From Planctomycetota bacterium (GTDB lineage Bacteria > Planctomycetota > B15-G4 > SIAN01), in NCBI GenBank assembly GCA_031409275.1, contig JANNXA010000050.1, positions 96,001 to 160,000 of the forward strand: 64,000 nt of DNA, in the 5' to 3' direction. Position 1 is the first letter of the stretch. Each line of letters starts with the position of its first letter. Positions 56,346 to 64,000 of this stretch are shown one piece after another. The notes under the pieces were generated by a model. The model searched no databases and was not told the DNA's origin. It saw only the letters and a program-made list of their open reading frames with translations. Both the position numbers and the translations under genes were made by a program.

Positions 56346-59300
56346 TCAGTCGCGGATCAGGTTGCCCTTGTACTCGCGGCCGCCGCCGAAGCACTGGGTC
56401 CAATAAGAGCCGCTCTGGCCAGCTCCCATCTCGGTGTGACTTTCGTAGAGCAGGTTGCGGTGGTGGCCGGATGAATGGCACCAGCCGTCAAGCACTTCGA
56501 GCGGCCCGGACGAGCCGACCGCGCAGTTCTCCCCTGCGCCTTGGACGTACCCAGCCTGCTTCATCCGCAGCTCCGGCGAATAGCGCGCGGCGTCGCCCTC
56601 CTCGAAGTGGGAGAGCTGGCCGTTCCTCGCCATCCACTCGCTGTGGCTGTCCGCCGCCTTCCAGAGCTTCTCGTTCAGCGCGAGCACGCGTCGGCCGAGC
56701 ATCACCCGATAGAGGTTGGTCACCCGCACCTGCTCGATCTCCTCGCGCGTCGGCCCGTCGTCGCGCGGAGCGACGCTCCCGTTCAGGATCCACACCTTGG
56801 CGTCGAGGTCGAGTCGCGCTCGCTCGTACTCGTCGAGAGCGAAGTTGCGGACACTCACCGCGCGCGCATGCAGCGGCAGCGACCAGGCCGGTCGCAGCTC
56901 TTGGTCGACCTCGTCGTTGGCCGCGCCAAGGTCGGACAGCATCGCGCGCACCAGCTGAAGCTGCTCGAGCGTCGTGCTGAGCGCCGCCCCGATCGCGACC
57001 TGCAGATCCGGCGGCGGATCGCTCTCCTTGCCCCAGTACGCGCGCACGGCGTCGACGCGCAGGTCGACCTCCTGCTGGACGGCCGGATAGAGCTGCGCAC
57101 GCTCGGGAGAGCAGCCCGGCGGGTGGTAGGGATAGAAGTACTTTTCCTCGTCGAAGATCAGCTCGAGCGCGTGCCGGCGCGCCTCATGCAACGTCACGGC
57201 GCGCTCGTGCAGCTTGGCCAGACGTGGCTGCTCCGGCGCCTTCTCGAAGTCCGCCTTGAGCTTCAGGCGGCGCCCCTTGAGCTCGGCAATCGCGATCGCG
57301 GGTGCCGCCGCCGCGAGCTCTAGGATGCGGCGGCGCACGACGGACGGCTCCTCCCTCCCGCTCAGCGCCGCCGTCAGCGCCACGCGAATCTCGTTGGCCA
57401 GCGACTCGCGCGCCTGCTCCTCCCACGTCAACCAGCGGTCGCCGGTGCGAACGAAGCCGCGCGGCGGGACGCGGTCGAGCCCGCGCTGGAACGCCAGCGC
57501 GGAGTCGATCGAGCCCTGCCACTCCGGATGGTTGCCAACCTTGCTCAGGGCGCCGAAGAAGTCGTCCGTCGCACCGACGGCGAGCGCGAGGAAAGCGCGA
57601 TTCAGCTGCTCTTCCCCCTCGAGCGGCAGTCGGCTGCTGACGCTGAGCAGCGACGCCGCGTCGAGTTCGATGGCGGGAAGCGCCAAGGTCTCGGCGCCGA
57701 CCTGGAGCGACAGGAGGCGTCCGTCGCTGCCGAGGAGCCGCCCCCGACGTCCGTCGCGAAGCTTCACCTCCGCATGGGTCGGCACCTTGGTGGCCAGCAG
57801 CTCCGTCACGCGCGTCGCGAGCTTGAGCGGTCGCGCCGCACGTTCGTGATCGCGCGCGATCTCGCCGCGCGAGTCGCCCAGAGCGGGCGTGTCGAGCGCC
57901 TGTTCGAGCCGCGCGCGCGCCCCTTCGAAGTCGCCGCCGGCCAGCAGCGCGCGCGCCTGCTCTTGCAGGGGGGAGGTCGTGGAGCGGAGGGCAGGCGACG
58001 TCGACGATTCGGCCGCGGCTCCGTCGGCTGCCGCGACCGGCTTGCGGCCGACCAGCGAATCCTCGGTCAGTTCGAGCAGCGAGGTCTTCTTCGGCTCGCT
58101 GCCGGGTTTCTCGCGGTGGTGTTTGCGGCGCGGAAAGGGTCGGTTGTTGCCGAACTTCTTGTCGACGATGTCCTCGATCTCGTCCGCCTTGTCGAGCATC
58201 TCGTACCAGATGTCGGTGCCCTTGAAGGGGCGCATGTTGTCGTCGTCGAACTCGCCGATCGCCACGAGCGCCTGGCCGGCCTCGAGCTGCTCCTTCACTC
58301 GCGCCAGGATCTCCTCGCCGACTTTCCTCGCCGCGCTGTTCACGCGGGTGAAGGCCTCCGCGAGCTGCTTCTTCTCCGCCTCGCTGGTCGCCTCGACGCG
58401 CGAAAGGATGAAGTGAGCCTTGCCGAATTCCTGCTTGGCGAGCCAGCCATTGGCGTCAGACACGCAATTGGCGACGGTCATCTGCGCCGGCAGCGTGATC
58501 CCCTCGAGATCGAGCGCGGTGGCGACGGTCGGCTGCTTGCTGCGGATCTCGAGCTCGTCGACGAGCTTCTGCCCCTGATCCGCCAGCGGTGCGAGGTCGG
58601 AGTTGCGCGCGACGAAGCGGTTGAGGTCGCCGATCGAATCACCGCGCAGGTCGGCCGCGGCGCGACGCCGCAGCACGTCGAGCTCGTTCTTGCCGTCGGC
58701 GTAGCGCTGCTTGCGCAGCTTGATCAGCCGCTCCTGTTCGAGCGCGGCGTCCTTCTCGGGTCCAGCGCCACCACCGATGACCGCGGCGAGCTGGGTGAGC
58801 GCTTCATCGAAGCGGCATTGGCCGTTGAGCTCGATCGCCTTCGCAATCTGTTGCTGATTCAGGAGCGCGCTCGAGCCGCTGTCATCATCGCCGCCGGTGA
58901 ACAGCACGAAGGCCACGATGATCATCCCGATCACCGCCATCACGCCGATCAACGTCCCCGCCGAGGAACTCTTTTGGGTGCGACCGCGCGGAGCGGCCCG
59001 CTCCTCGCGCGGTGCCGGGCGGGCGGCGGGCCGCGCGCGCGCGGCGGACGGCGCCGGCGTCGCCGCGACAGGGGCGGCGGACGCGGGCGGTTCGATGGGC
59101 GCGGAAACGGGCGCGGGCAGGACGGTGATCTGGTAACCGCCGATGCGAAGGACGTCGCCGACGTTGAGCGTGGCGCGGCCGACCGCGCGGTCGTTGAGCA
59201 GCGTCTCGTGGTCGGTTCCGAGGTCGACGACCCGCAGGGCTCCGTCGATCGATTCGACCCGGCACTGCTTCGGCGCGACGTCACCGCCGGGAAGCACGAG

Positions 59301-59399
59301 GTCGCAGTCGATGGCGCTGCCGATGACGAGCGCTGCGTCGGTGACGGGCACGGCACGCCGAGCACCGCTCTTGGTGTCGAATAGCTGCAGTTGGAACAC
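56346..59399 (-). CDS. FHA + TM + helical region + C-terminal CAP (SCP) domain protein
   Basis: FHA fold (LNVGDVLRIG); TM segment; CAP motifs NLYR, HSEWM...LSH, GENCA, GWCHSSGHHRNLL, YWTQCFG. Confidence 0.85.
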   Translation of the reverse strand: MFQLQLFDTKSGARRAVPVTDAALVIGSAIDCDLVLPGGDVAPKQCRVESIDGALRVVDLGTDHETLLNDRAVGRATLNVGDVLRIGGYQITVLPAPVSAPIEPPASAAPVAATPAPSAARARPAARPAPREERAAPRGRTQKSSSAGTLIGVMAVIGMIIVAFVLFTGGDDDSGSSALLNQQQIAKAIELNGQCRFDEALTQLAAVIGGGAGPEKDAALEQERLIKLRKQRYADGKNELDVLRRRAAADLRGDSIGDLNRFVARNSDLAPLADQGQKLVDELEIRSKQPTVATALDLEGITLPAQMTVANCVSDANGWLAKQEFGKAHFILSRVEATSEAEKKQLAEAFTRVNSAARKVGEEILARVKEQLEAGQALVAIGEFDDDNMRPFKGTDIWYEMLDKADEIEDIVDKKFGNNRPFPRRKHHREKPGSEPKKTSLLELTEDSLVGRKPVAAADGAAAESSTSPALRSTTSPLQEQARALLAGGDFEGARARLEQALDTPALGDSRGEIARDHERAARPLKLATRVTELLATKVPTHAEVKLRDGRRGRLLGSDGRLLSLQVGAETLALPAIELDAASLLSVSSRLPLEGEEQLNRAFLALAVGATDDFFGALSKVGNHPEWQGSIDSALAFQRGLDRVPPRGFVRTGDRWLTWEEQARESLANEIRVALTAALSGREEPSVVRRRILELAAAAPAIAIAELKGRRLKLKADFEKAPEQPRLAKLHERAVTLHEARRHALELIFDEEKYFYPYHPPGCSPERAQLYPAVQQEVDLRVDAVRAYWGKESDPPPDLQVAIGAALSTTLEQLQLVRAMLSDLGAANDEVDQELRPAWSLPLHARAVSVRNFALDEYERARLDLDAKVWILNGSVAPRDDGPTREEIEQVRVTNLYRVMLGRRVLALNEKLWKAADSHSEWMARNGQLSHFEEGDAARYSPELRMKQAGYVQGAGENCAVGSSGPLEVLDGWCHSSGHHRNLLYESHTEMGAGQSGSYWTQCFGGGREYKGNLIRD

Positions 59400-59514
59400 G
59401 ATCGCTCCCGAGCAGCCGCTGCGCGCCGGGGCGTCTGGAGACGGCGGTGGGCGGCACGAAAAAGAGGGCGGAGTGTAGCGACGCCCCCTTCCTACGGCAG
59501 GTCAGGCGCGCGGG

Positions 59515-60540
59515 TCACGCTCCGGCGCCAGCGCGGACCTCATTCGAGAGGTCGCGCGCCTCGACCGGGCGCCCGGGATCGGCCAGCGCGACCATTCGCT
59601 GCACCTCGTTCTGCAACTCGCGAACGTTCCCCGGCCATCGGTAGCGACGGAGGATCGCGAGCGCCTCGGGAGAGTAGATCGGTGGCGCCTCACGCCCCGA
59701 CTTTCGGGCGGCGTCGACGCTCAGTCGATCGAGCAGCAGCATCAGGTCGTCGCCACGCTCGCGCAGGGGCGGCAGCACGATCTTGATCGGACTCAGGCGG
59801 AAGAAGAGGTCCTCGCGGAAGAGCCCCTTCTTCACCAGGTCCGCGAGATCCTTGTTGCTCGCCGACAGGAATCGCACGTTGATCTTGATCGCAGCGGAGG
59901 CGCCGACCGGACGGATCTCGCCCTCCTGGAGCGCGCGCAGCAGCTTCTTCTGCAGCGCCTGGCTCATGTCGCCGACCTCGTCGAGGAAGAGCGTGCCCTT
60001 GTCCGCCATCTGGAAGCGCCCTTTGCGCGTCCGATCGGCACCGGTGAAGGCGCCCTTGTTGTGGCCGAACAACTCGCTCTCGAGGAGCGATTCAGGAAAT
60101 GCGGCGCAGTTCTCGGCGACGTACGGGCCGTTGCGGCGCGCCGAAAGCTCGTGGATCGAACGGGCGATCTGCTCCTTGCCGGTGCCGCTTTCGCCGTGGA
60201 TCACGACGGTGGCATCGGTCGGCGCCACTTTCAGGATGAGTCGGAAGACCGCCAGCATCTTCGGCGAGCGCGCGATGATCTTCGGGAACTGCGCGCAGAG
60301 CGCGTCGTCGCCCACCGCCGCCACCTGGGCCGGCGTCGCGGCGGGCACTGCGGGTGCGCCGATCACCGTCGCGTCGTCGGGAACCATCGCCACGCCGCCA
60401 AGCGCGAGCAGGTCGGCGAGGTCGTGCTGCAGCGCCGCCGGCCCCGCCGCACCGAGTTCGCCGCGGTAATCGGCGAGGACTCCCGCGAGGCCGAGCTTGA
60501 GCGCTCGACGAACCGGATCGGAGCGGCTCTCAGAAGTCAT
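59515..60540 (-). CDS. Sigma54 activator AAA+ domain protein without DNA-binding domain
   Basis: [44 protein letters not shown]; stop follows shortly after. Confidence 0.88.
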   Translation of the reverse strand: MTSESRSDPVRRALKLGLAGVLADYRGELGAAGPAALQHDLADLLALGGVAMVPDDATVIGAPAVPAATPAQVAAVGDDALCAQFPKIIARSPKMLAVFRLILKVAPTDATVVIHGESGTGKEQIARSIHELSARRNGPYVAENCAAFPESLLESELFGHNKGAFTGADRTRKGRFQMADKGTLFLDEVGDMSQALQKKLLRALQEGEIRPVGASAAIKINVRFLSASNKDLADLVKKGLFREDLFFRLSPIKIVLPPLRERGDDLMLLLDRLSVDAARKSGREAPPIYSPEALAILRRYRWPGNVRELQNEVQRMVALADPGRPVEARDLSNEVRAGAGA

Positions 60541-62740
60541 GCGAGCGCACCTTCTTCAACCGCGCATAGTTGAGATCGAGCAGCTTCTCCCCGCTGCGGA
60601 ACGCGACGCGCACGCGACTCGAGCGCCCACGCCCGATCACGTCGAGGATGCGGCCGATGCCGAACTTCTCGTGCTCGACCCTCTCCCCGGCCGCGAACCC
60701 TTCGCTTTCGGCGACGTCATCGTCGAGCACGACCTGTACGGCCCGCGGCGAAACATCGAAGGTCGGGTCGGCGCTCTCGCCGCCATCGAGCAGATGCGGC
60801 GGAATGTCGTGCAGGAAGCGCGAAGGGGTGGCGGGTTCCTGGCGGCCGAAGACGAAGCGTTGCCCCGCATTCGAGAGGTAGAGGCGCTCGCGAGCGCGCG
60901 TGATAGCGACGTAGAAGAGTCGACGCTCCTCTTCGAGCTCCAGCGGAGATTCGGCGCGCCGATGCGGCAGCCTCGTCTCCTCGAGCCCGGCGAGGAAGAC
61001 CGAGTGGAACTCGAGCCCCTTGGCTGCGTGGATCGTCATCAGCGACACCGCACCGGCCCCCTCTGCTCCCGCATCGTCGGCATCCTGCACCAGCGCGCGC
61101 TCCTCGAGGAAGCGTTCCAGCCCCGCCTCGGGGTTGGTCACGTCGAAGTCGTTGGCGTCGGCGACGAGCTCGCGGACGTTGTCGACCCGCTCGGCGCCAT
61201 CGACCAGACCGTACGCCTCTTCGAGGTACGACTCGTAGCCGATGGCCGCGGTCAGCTCCTGCAAGAGTGCTGCCACCGGACGATCGGGTGCCATTCGCAG
61301 CCAGCGCAGCATCAGAGCGAGCGCGACCGCACCCTTCGCGGCGACCCCCTTCAGGCGCGGCCGCCGGGACTCGTCCTCGAACAGCGTGAGGTAGTCGACG
61401 CCCGCCGCTCGCGCCGCCTGCAGCAGCTGCCCCTGGGCAACCTCTCCGATGCCACGGGACGGCGTGTTCACGACGCGCAGGAAGGCCTCTGGATCACGCG
61501 GATTCGCCTTCAGCCGAAGCCACGCGAGGAGGTCCTTCACCTCCTTGCGCGCGTAGAACTCGAGCGCACCGACCACGCGATACGCGATCCCGCGCGCGCG
61601 TAGCGCCGCCTCGAACGGCCGCGACAGGGCGTTCGTGCGGTAGAGCACGGCGATCTCGCGACTCGGCACTCCGCGGTCGGCGATCAGCCCGAAGATCTCG
61701 CGCGTGACCAGTTCGGCCTCGTCGTTGTCGGTCCAACCGAACAGCACACGCGGTCGCTCGCCGTGATCGAGGACCGGGACGAGCCCGCGCTCGACGCGAT
61801 GGACGTTCTTCTCGATGACCGCCGACGCGACCGCGAGGATCGCCCCCTTCGAACGGTAGTTCTGCTCGAGGCGCACCAGCTGCGCGGTCGGATAGCGACG
61901 GGTGAACTCGAGGATGTTCGAGAGGTCGGCGCCACGCCACGCGTAGATGCTCTGGTCCGGGTCGCCGCACGCGGCGAGGTTTCCGTGGCCCGACGCCAGC
62001 AGGTCCGCCAGTTCGCTCTGCACCTTGTTGGTGTCTTGATACTCGTCGACGAGGACGTGCTCGAAACGGCTGCGCCACGGCGCTCCCGCGACCGGGTCGG
62101 CGACCAGGCGCCGCGCTTCGATCAGCAGATCGTCGAAGTCGAGCAGTCGCCCCTCGCGCAAGGTCGTCGCCAGCTCAGGCCAGAGCTCCGCGGCGACCGC
62201 GCCGAGCGCCGGCGCTCCCGGCCGCCACGACGGCTCGTGCGCCTGCTCGTGCGCCTGCTCGCGCGCCAGCTCGGGTGCGAGACCGTGGTTCTTCCACAGC
62301 GAGATCTGCTCCACGATCCCTTCGGGGCGGACCTCCTTGGGATCGAGGCCGCGCGCCTTCAGCAGCCGGCGCACGATGGCGACGAGGTCATCGCGATCGC
62401 AGATCGTGAAGTCGCGCGGCAGGCCGATCGCGTCGCCGCCGAGACGCAGCAGCTTGGCCGAAGCGGCGTGGAAGGTGCTGACCCACGTGCGCGAGCCAGG
62501 CAGCAGCTGCTCGACGCGCGCCGCCATCTCGCGCGCCGCCTTGTTGGTGAAAGTGATCGCCAGCAGCCGATGCGGCGCCACACCGCGCGCGACGAGCGCG
62601 GCGATGCGCCGCGTGATCACTCGAGTCTTGCCCGAACCGGCGCCGGCGACGATCAGCAGCGGACCGTGCTGGTGCGAAACCGCTGCGCGCTGCGCATCGT
62701 TCAGGCCTTCGAGCAGGGTTTGCGGAAGGGGACGATCCAC
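60530..62740 (-). CDS. pcrA: UvrD/PcrA superfamily I DNA helicase
   Basis: [69 protein letters not shown]-terminal Tudor-like domain (VEHEKFGIG). Confidence 0.93.
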   Translation of the reverse strand: MDRPLPQTLLEGLNDAQRAAVSHQHGPLLIVAGAGSGKTRVITRRIAALVARGVAPHRLLAITFTNKAAREMAARVEQLLPGSRTWVSTFHAASAKLLRLGGDAIGLPRDFTICDRDDLVAIVRRLLKARGLDPKEVRPEGIVEQISLWKNHGLAPELAREQAHEQAHEPSWRPGAPALGAVAAELWPELATTLREGRLLDFDDLLIEARRLVADPVAGAPWRSRFEHVLVDEYQDTNKVQSELADLLASGHGNLAACGDPDQSIYAWRGADLSNILEFTRRYPTAQLVRLEQNYRSKGAILAVASAVIEKNVHRVERGLVPVLDHGERPRVLFGWTDNDEAELVTREIFGLIADRGVPSREIAVLYRTNALSRPFEAALRARGIAYRVVGALEFYARKEVKDLLAWLRLKANPRDPEAFLRVVNTPSRGIGEVAQGQLLQAARAAGVDYLTLFEDESRRPRLKGVAAKGAVALALMLRWLRMAPDRPVAALLQELTAAIGYESYLEEAYGLVDGAERVDNVRELVADANDFDVTNPEAGLERFLEERALVQDADDAGAEGAGAVSLMTIHAAKGLEFHSVFLAGLEETRLPHRRAESPLELEEERRLFYVAITRARERLYLSNAGQRFVFGRQEPATPSRFLHDIPPHLLDGGESADPTFDVSPRAVQVVLDDDVAESEGFAAGERVEHEKFGIGRILDVIGRGRSSRVRVAFRSGEKLLDLNYARLKKVRSHDF

Positions 62741-62815
62741 GCGCGAAACGCTCCAGATTGAGGAACCGCGCAGGCTAGCGAAGCGCGCGGTTAACGTGGC
62801 GAGCCGGAGGCCCCG

Positions 62816-63193
62816 GTGATCGTCGGAATCGGAATCGACGCCGTCGAAATCGACCGCATCGAGGAGCTGCTCGCTCGCCATGGCGAGCGTGCCTCGACTC
62901 GTCTCTTCACCTCACGAGAGGTGGAACTCGCCGCCACCGGGGCACGCCGCCGCGAGACCTTGGCCGCGCGGTTCGCCGCCAAGGAGGCGGCGATGAAGGC
63001 CCTCGGCGCCGGGCTCGGTCAGGGCGTCGCGTTCGCTGAGATCGAGGTCGATCGCATCGCGTCCGGAGCGCCGCGGCTTCTGCTGCACGGCGGCGCCGCG
63101 CAACGCGCCGCAGCGATCGGCGCCACGCGTTGGCACGTCTCGCTCACGCACACCGCGACGACGGCGAGCGCGATCGTCGTGCTCGAGAGCTGA
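62816..63193 (+). CDS. acpS: Holo-ACP synthase
   Basis: IVGIGIDAVE, LAARFAAKEAAMKALG, SGAP, VSLTH. Confidence 0.95.
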   Translation: MIVGIGIDAVEIDRIEELLARHGERASTRLFTSREVELAATGARRRETLAARFAAKEAAMKALGAGLGQGVAFAEIEVDRIASGAPRLLLHGGAAQRAAAIGATRWHVSLTHTATTASAIVVLES

Positions 63194-63216
63194 AGCGAGA
63201 CGCTTCGAAAACGGAG

Positions 63217-63244
63217 CCGGCGGCCCCCTCGCAGGAGCCGCCGG
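63217..63244. terminator. Probable bidirectional intrinsic terminator
   Basis: Stem CCGGCGGC/GCCGCCGG flanked by GAAAA and AATTTT, between convergent genes. Confidence 0.55.
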
Positions 63245-63281
63245 TGAATTTTCGATCCGGCGCGATCGCGGCGTAACTCGG

Positions 63282-63998
63282 TCAGCGGATGCGGATCTCG
63301 ACATCGAACAAGGCGCGCGTGTCATCGGAGTGGAAGGCGGCCCATGCCTCGTCGATCCCGCGCGGCGTGACAGTCGAGAGCATCACTGCAATGTCGACGC
63401 CAGTACCCGCGTGCGTCGCCAACAACTCTTCCCGCAGTGCCAGGAGATCGACCGCACCATCCACGAGCGTGTCGGTCACCGTGGCGTCGATCTGCGTGAA
63501 CGACGGACCAACGGCACCGGCGTGAGTCGCGCGCTGGCCGATGATCACGGTCAGCAGCGCCGGCTTGCGCTCGCGACCCACCAGTTCGAGCCGCTCCTTC
63601 GCGTCGAGCACTTCGAGTTCGAATCGGCCGTTCAGGTTGAGGTAGGCCTCGCCGCCGAGCGCTCCTGCGCTCGGAACGAATTCGCCGTAGCTCAGCTTGC
63701 GATTGCCCTTCGTGAGCAGATCGAGCGTCGTGACTGCGATTGGATCGGGCTCGGAACCGATGGTCCCGAGGAAGAGATCGGCTCGCTCGTGGCCATGGAC
63801 GACCAAGCCGGTCTGCTGCGCCATCCCGTTGGCGTCGAGCGTGACCTTCTTGCCGTGGACCGCGATCCAGCCGAGTGGCGCGTGAGCCGGAACGGCCGCG
63901 CCGCTGGCTCCATCTGCGCCCGAACTCGAGGCGTTTCCGCCGCGGAACGACGGAAGGATGTCGACGCCCTCGTCCCCGCCGCCGGCGAACAGCAGCGG
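63282..63998 (-). CDS. Hypothetical protein (5' end outside the window)
   Basis: The frame of track ORF 63282..63824 stays open to the window edge (PLLFAGGGDEGVDILPSF...). Confidence 0.65.
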   Translation of the reverse strand, partial: PLLFAGGGDEGVDILPSFRGGNASSSGADGASGAAVPAHAPLGWIAVHGKKVTLDANGMAQQTGLVVHGHERADLFLGTIGSEPDPIAVTTLDLLTKGNRKLSYGEFVPSAGALGGEAYLNLNGRFELEVLDAKERLELVGRERKPALLTVIIGQRATHAGAVGPSFTQIDATVTDTLVDGAVDLLALREELLATHAGTGVDIAVMLSTVTPRGIDEAWAAFHSDDTRALFDVEIRIR

Positions 63999-64000
63999 AG

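Noticed and set aside
1..64000. Many long alternative-frame or antisense ORFs (e.g. 830..3418, 10275..13046, 22987..25263, 54767..56980)
   Set aside because: They are Arg/Ala-rich shadow frames of well-supported genes, expected at this GC content, and have no family motifs.

Overview
A very GC-rich, densely coding bacterial chromosomal window. Planctomycetota is my inference from two CRTAC1/FG-GAP-UnbV proteins, a DUF1570-like zincin, and HEAT and FHA proteins. I found no rRNA, tRNA, transposase or CRISPR array. About 54 credible genes are present; most other ORFs in the track are GC-rich shadow frames. The main blocks are: (1) a Tat-exported xanthine-oxidase-family molybdoenzyme operon whose FAD subunit has lost the [4Fe-4S] ligands, followed by a 6-Cys mini-protein, a DUF1326-like protein and a secreted unknown; (2) a second molybdoenzyme operon closely resembling 4-hydroxybenzoyl-CoA reductase HcrCAB, coupled to a lipoprotein methyltransferase, with a BoxD/PaaZ-type ALDH and a Rieske oxygenase nearby; (3) sahR-ahcY with an AT-rich operator/promoter; (4) a hydrolase, a Tyr-type di-heme MauG/MbnH-like enzyme, a TrmO-TPR fusion and a CRTAC1 protein in one run; (5) an aminotransferase, formyltransferase, GT4, sulfotransferase and CrtD-like operon; (6) an ABC-2 exporter, terC, a 179-bp rod-like palindrome and a repeat-rich intergenic region; (7) a pcrA-led minus-strand run of apparently degenerate domains, namely an HTH-less sigma54 activator, two pseudo-FHA proteins, a radical SAM homolog without CxxxCxxC, and a sulfotransferase-like/class IV aminotransferase pair with His at the catalytic Lys position. 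All family assignments come from motif recognition by eye, not from database searches. Start codons were refined manually and are estimates.
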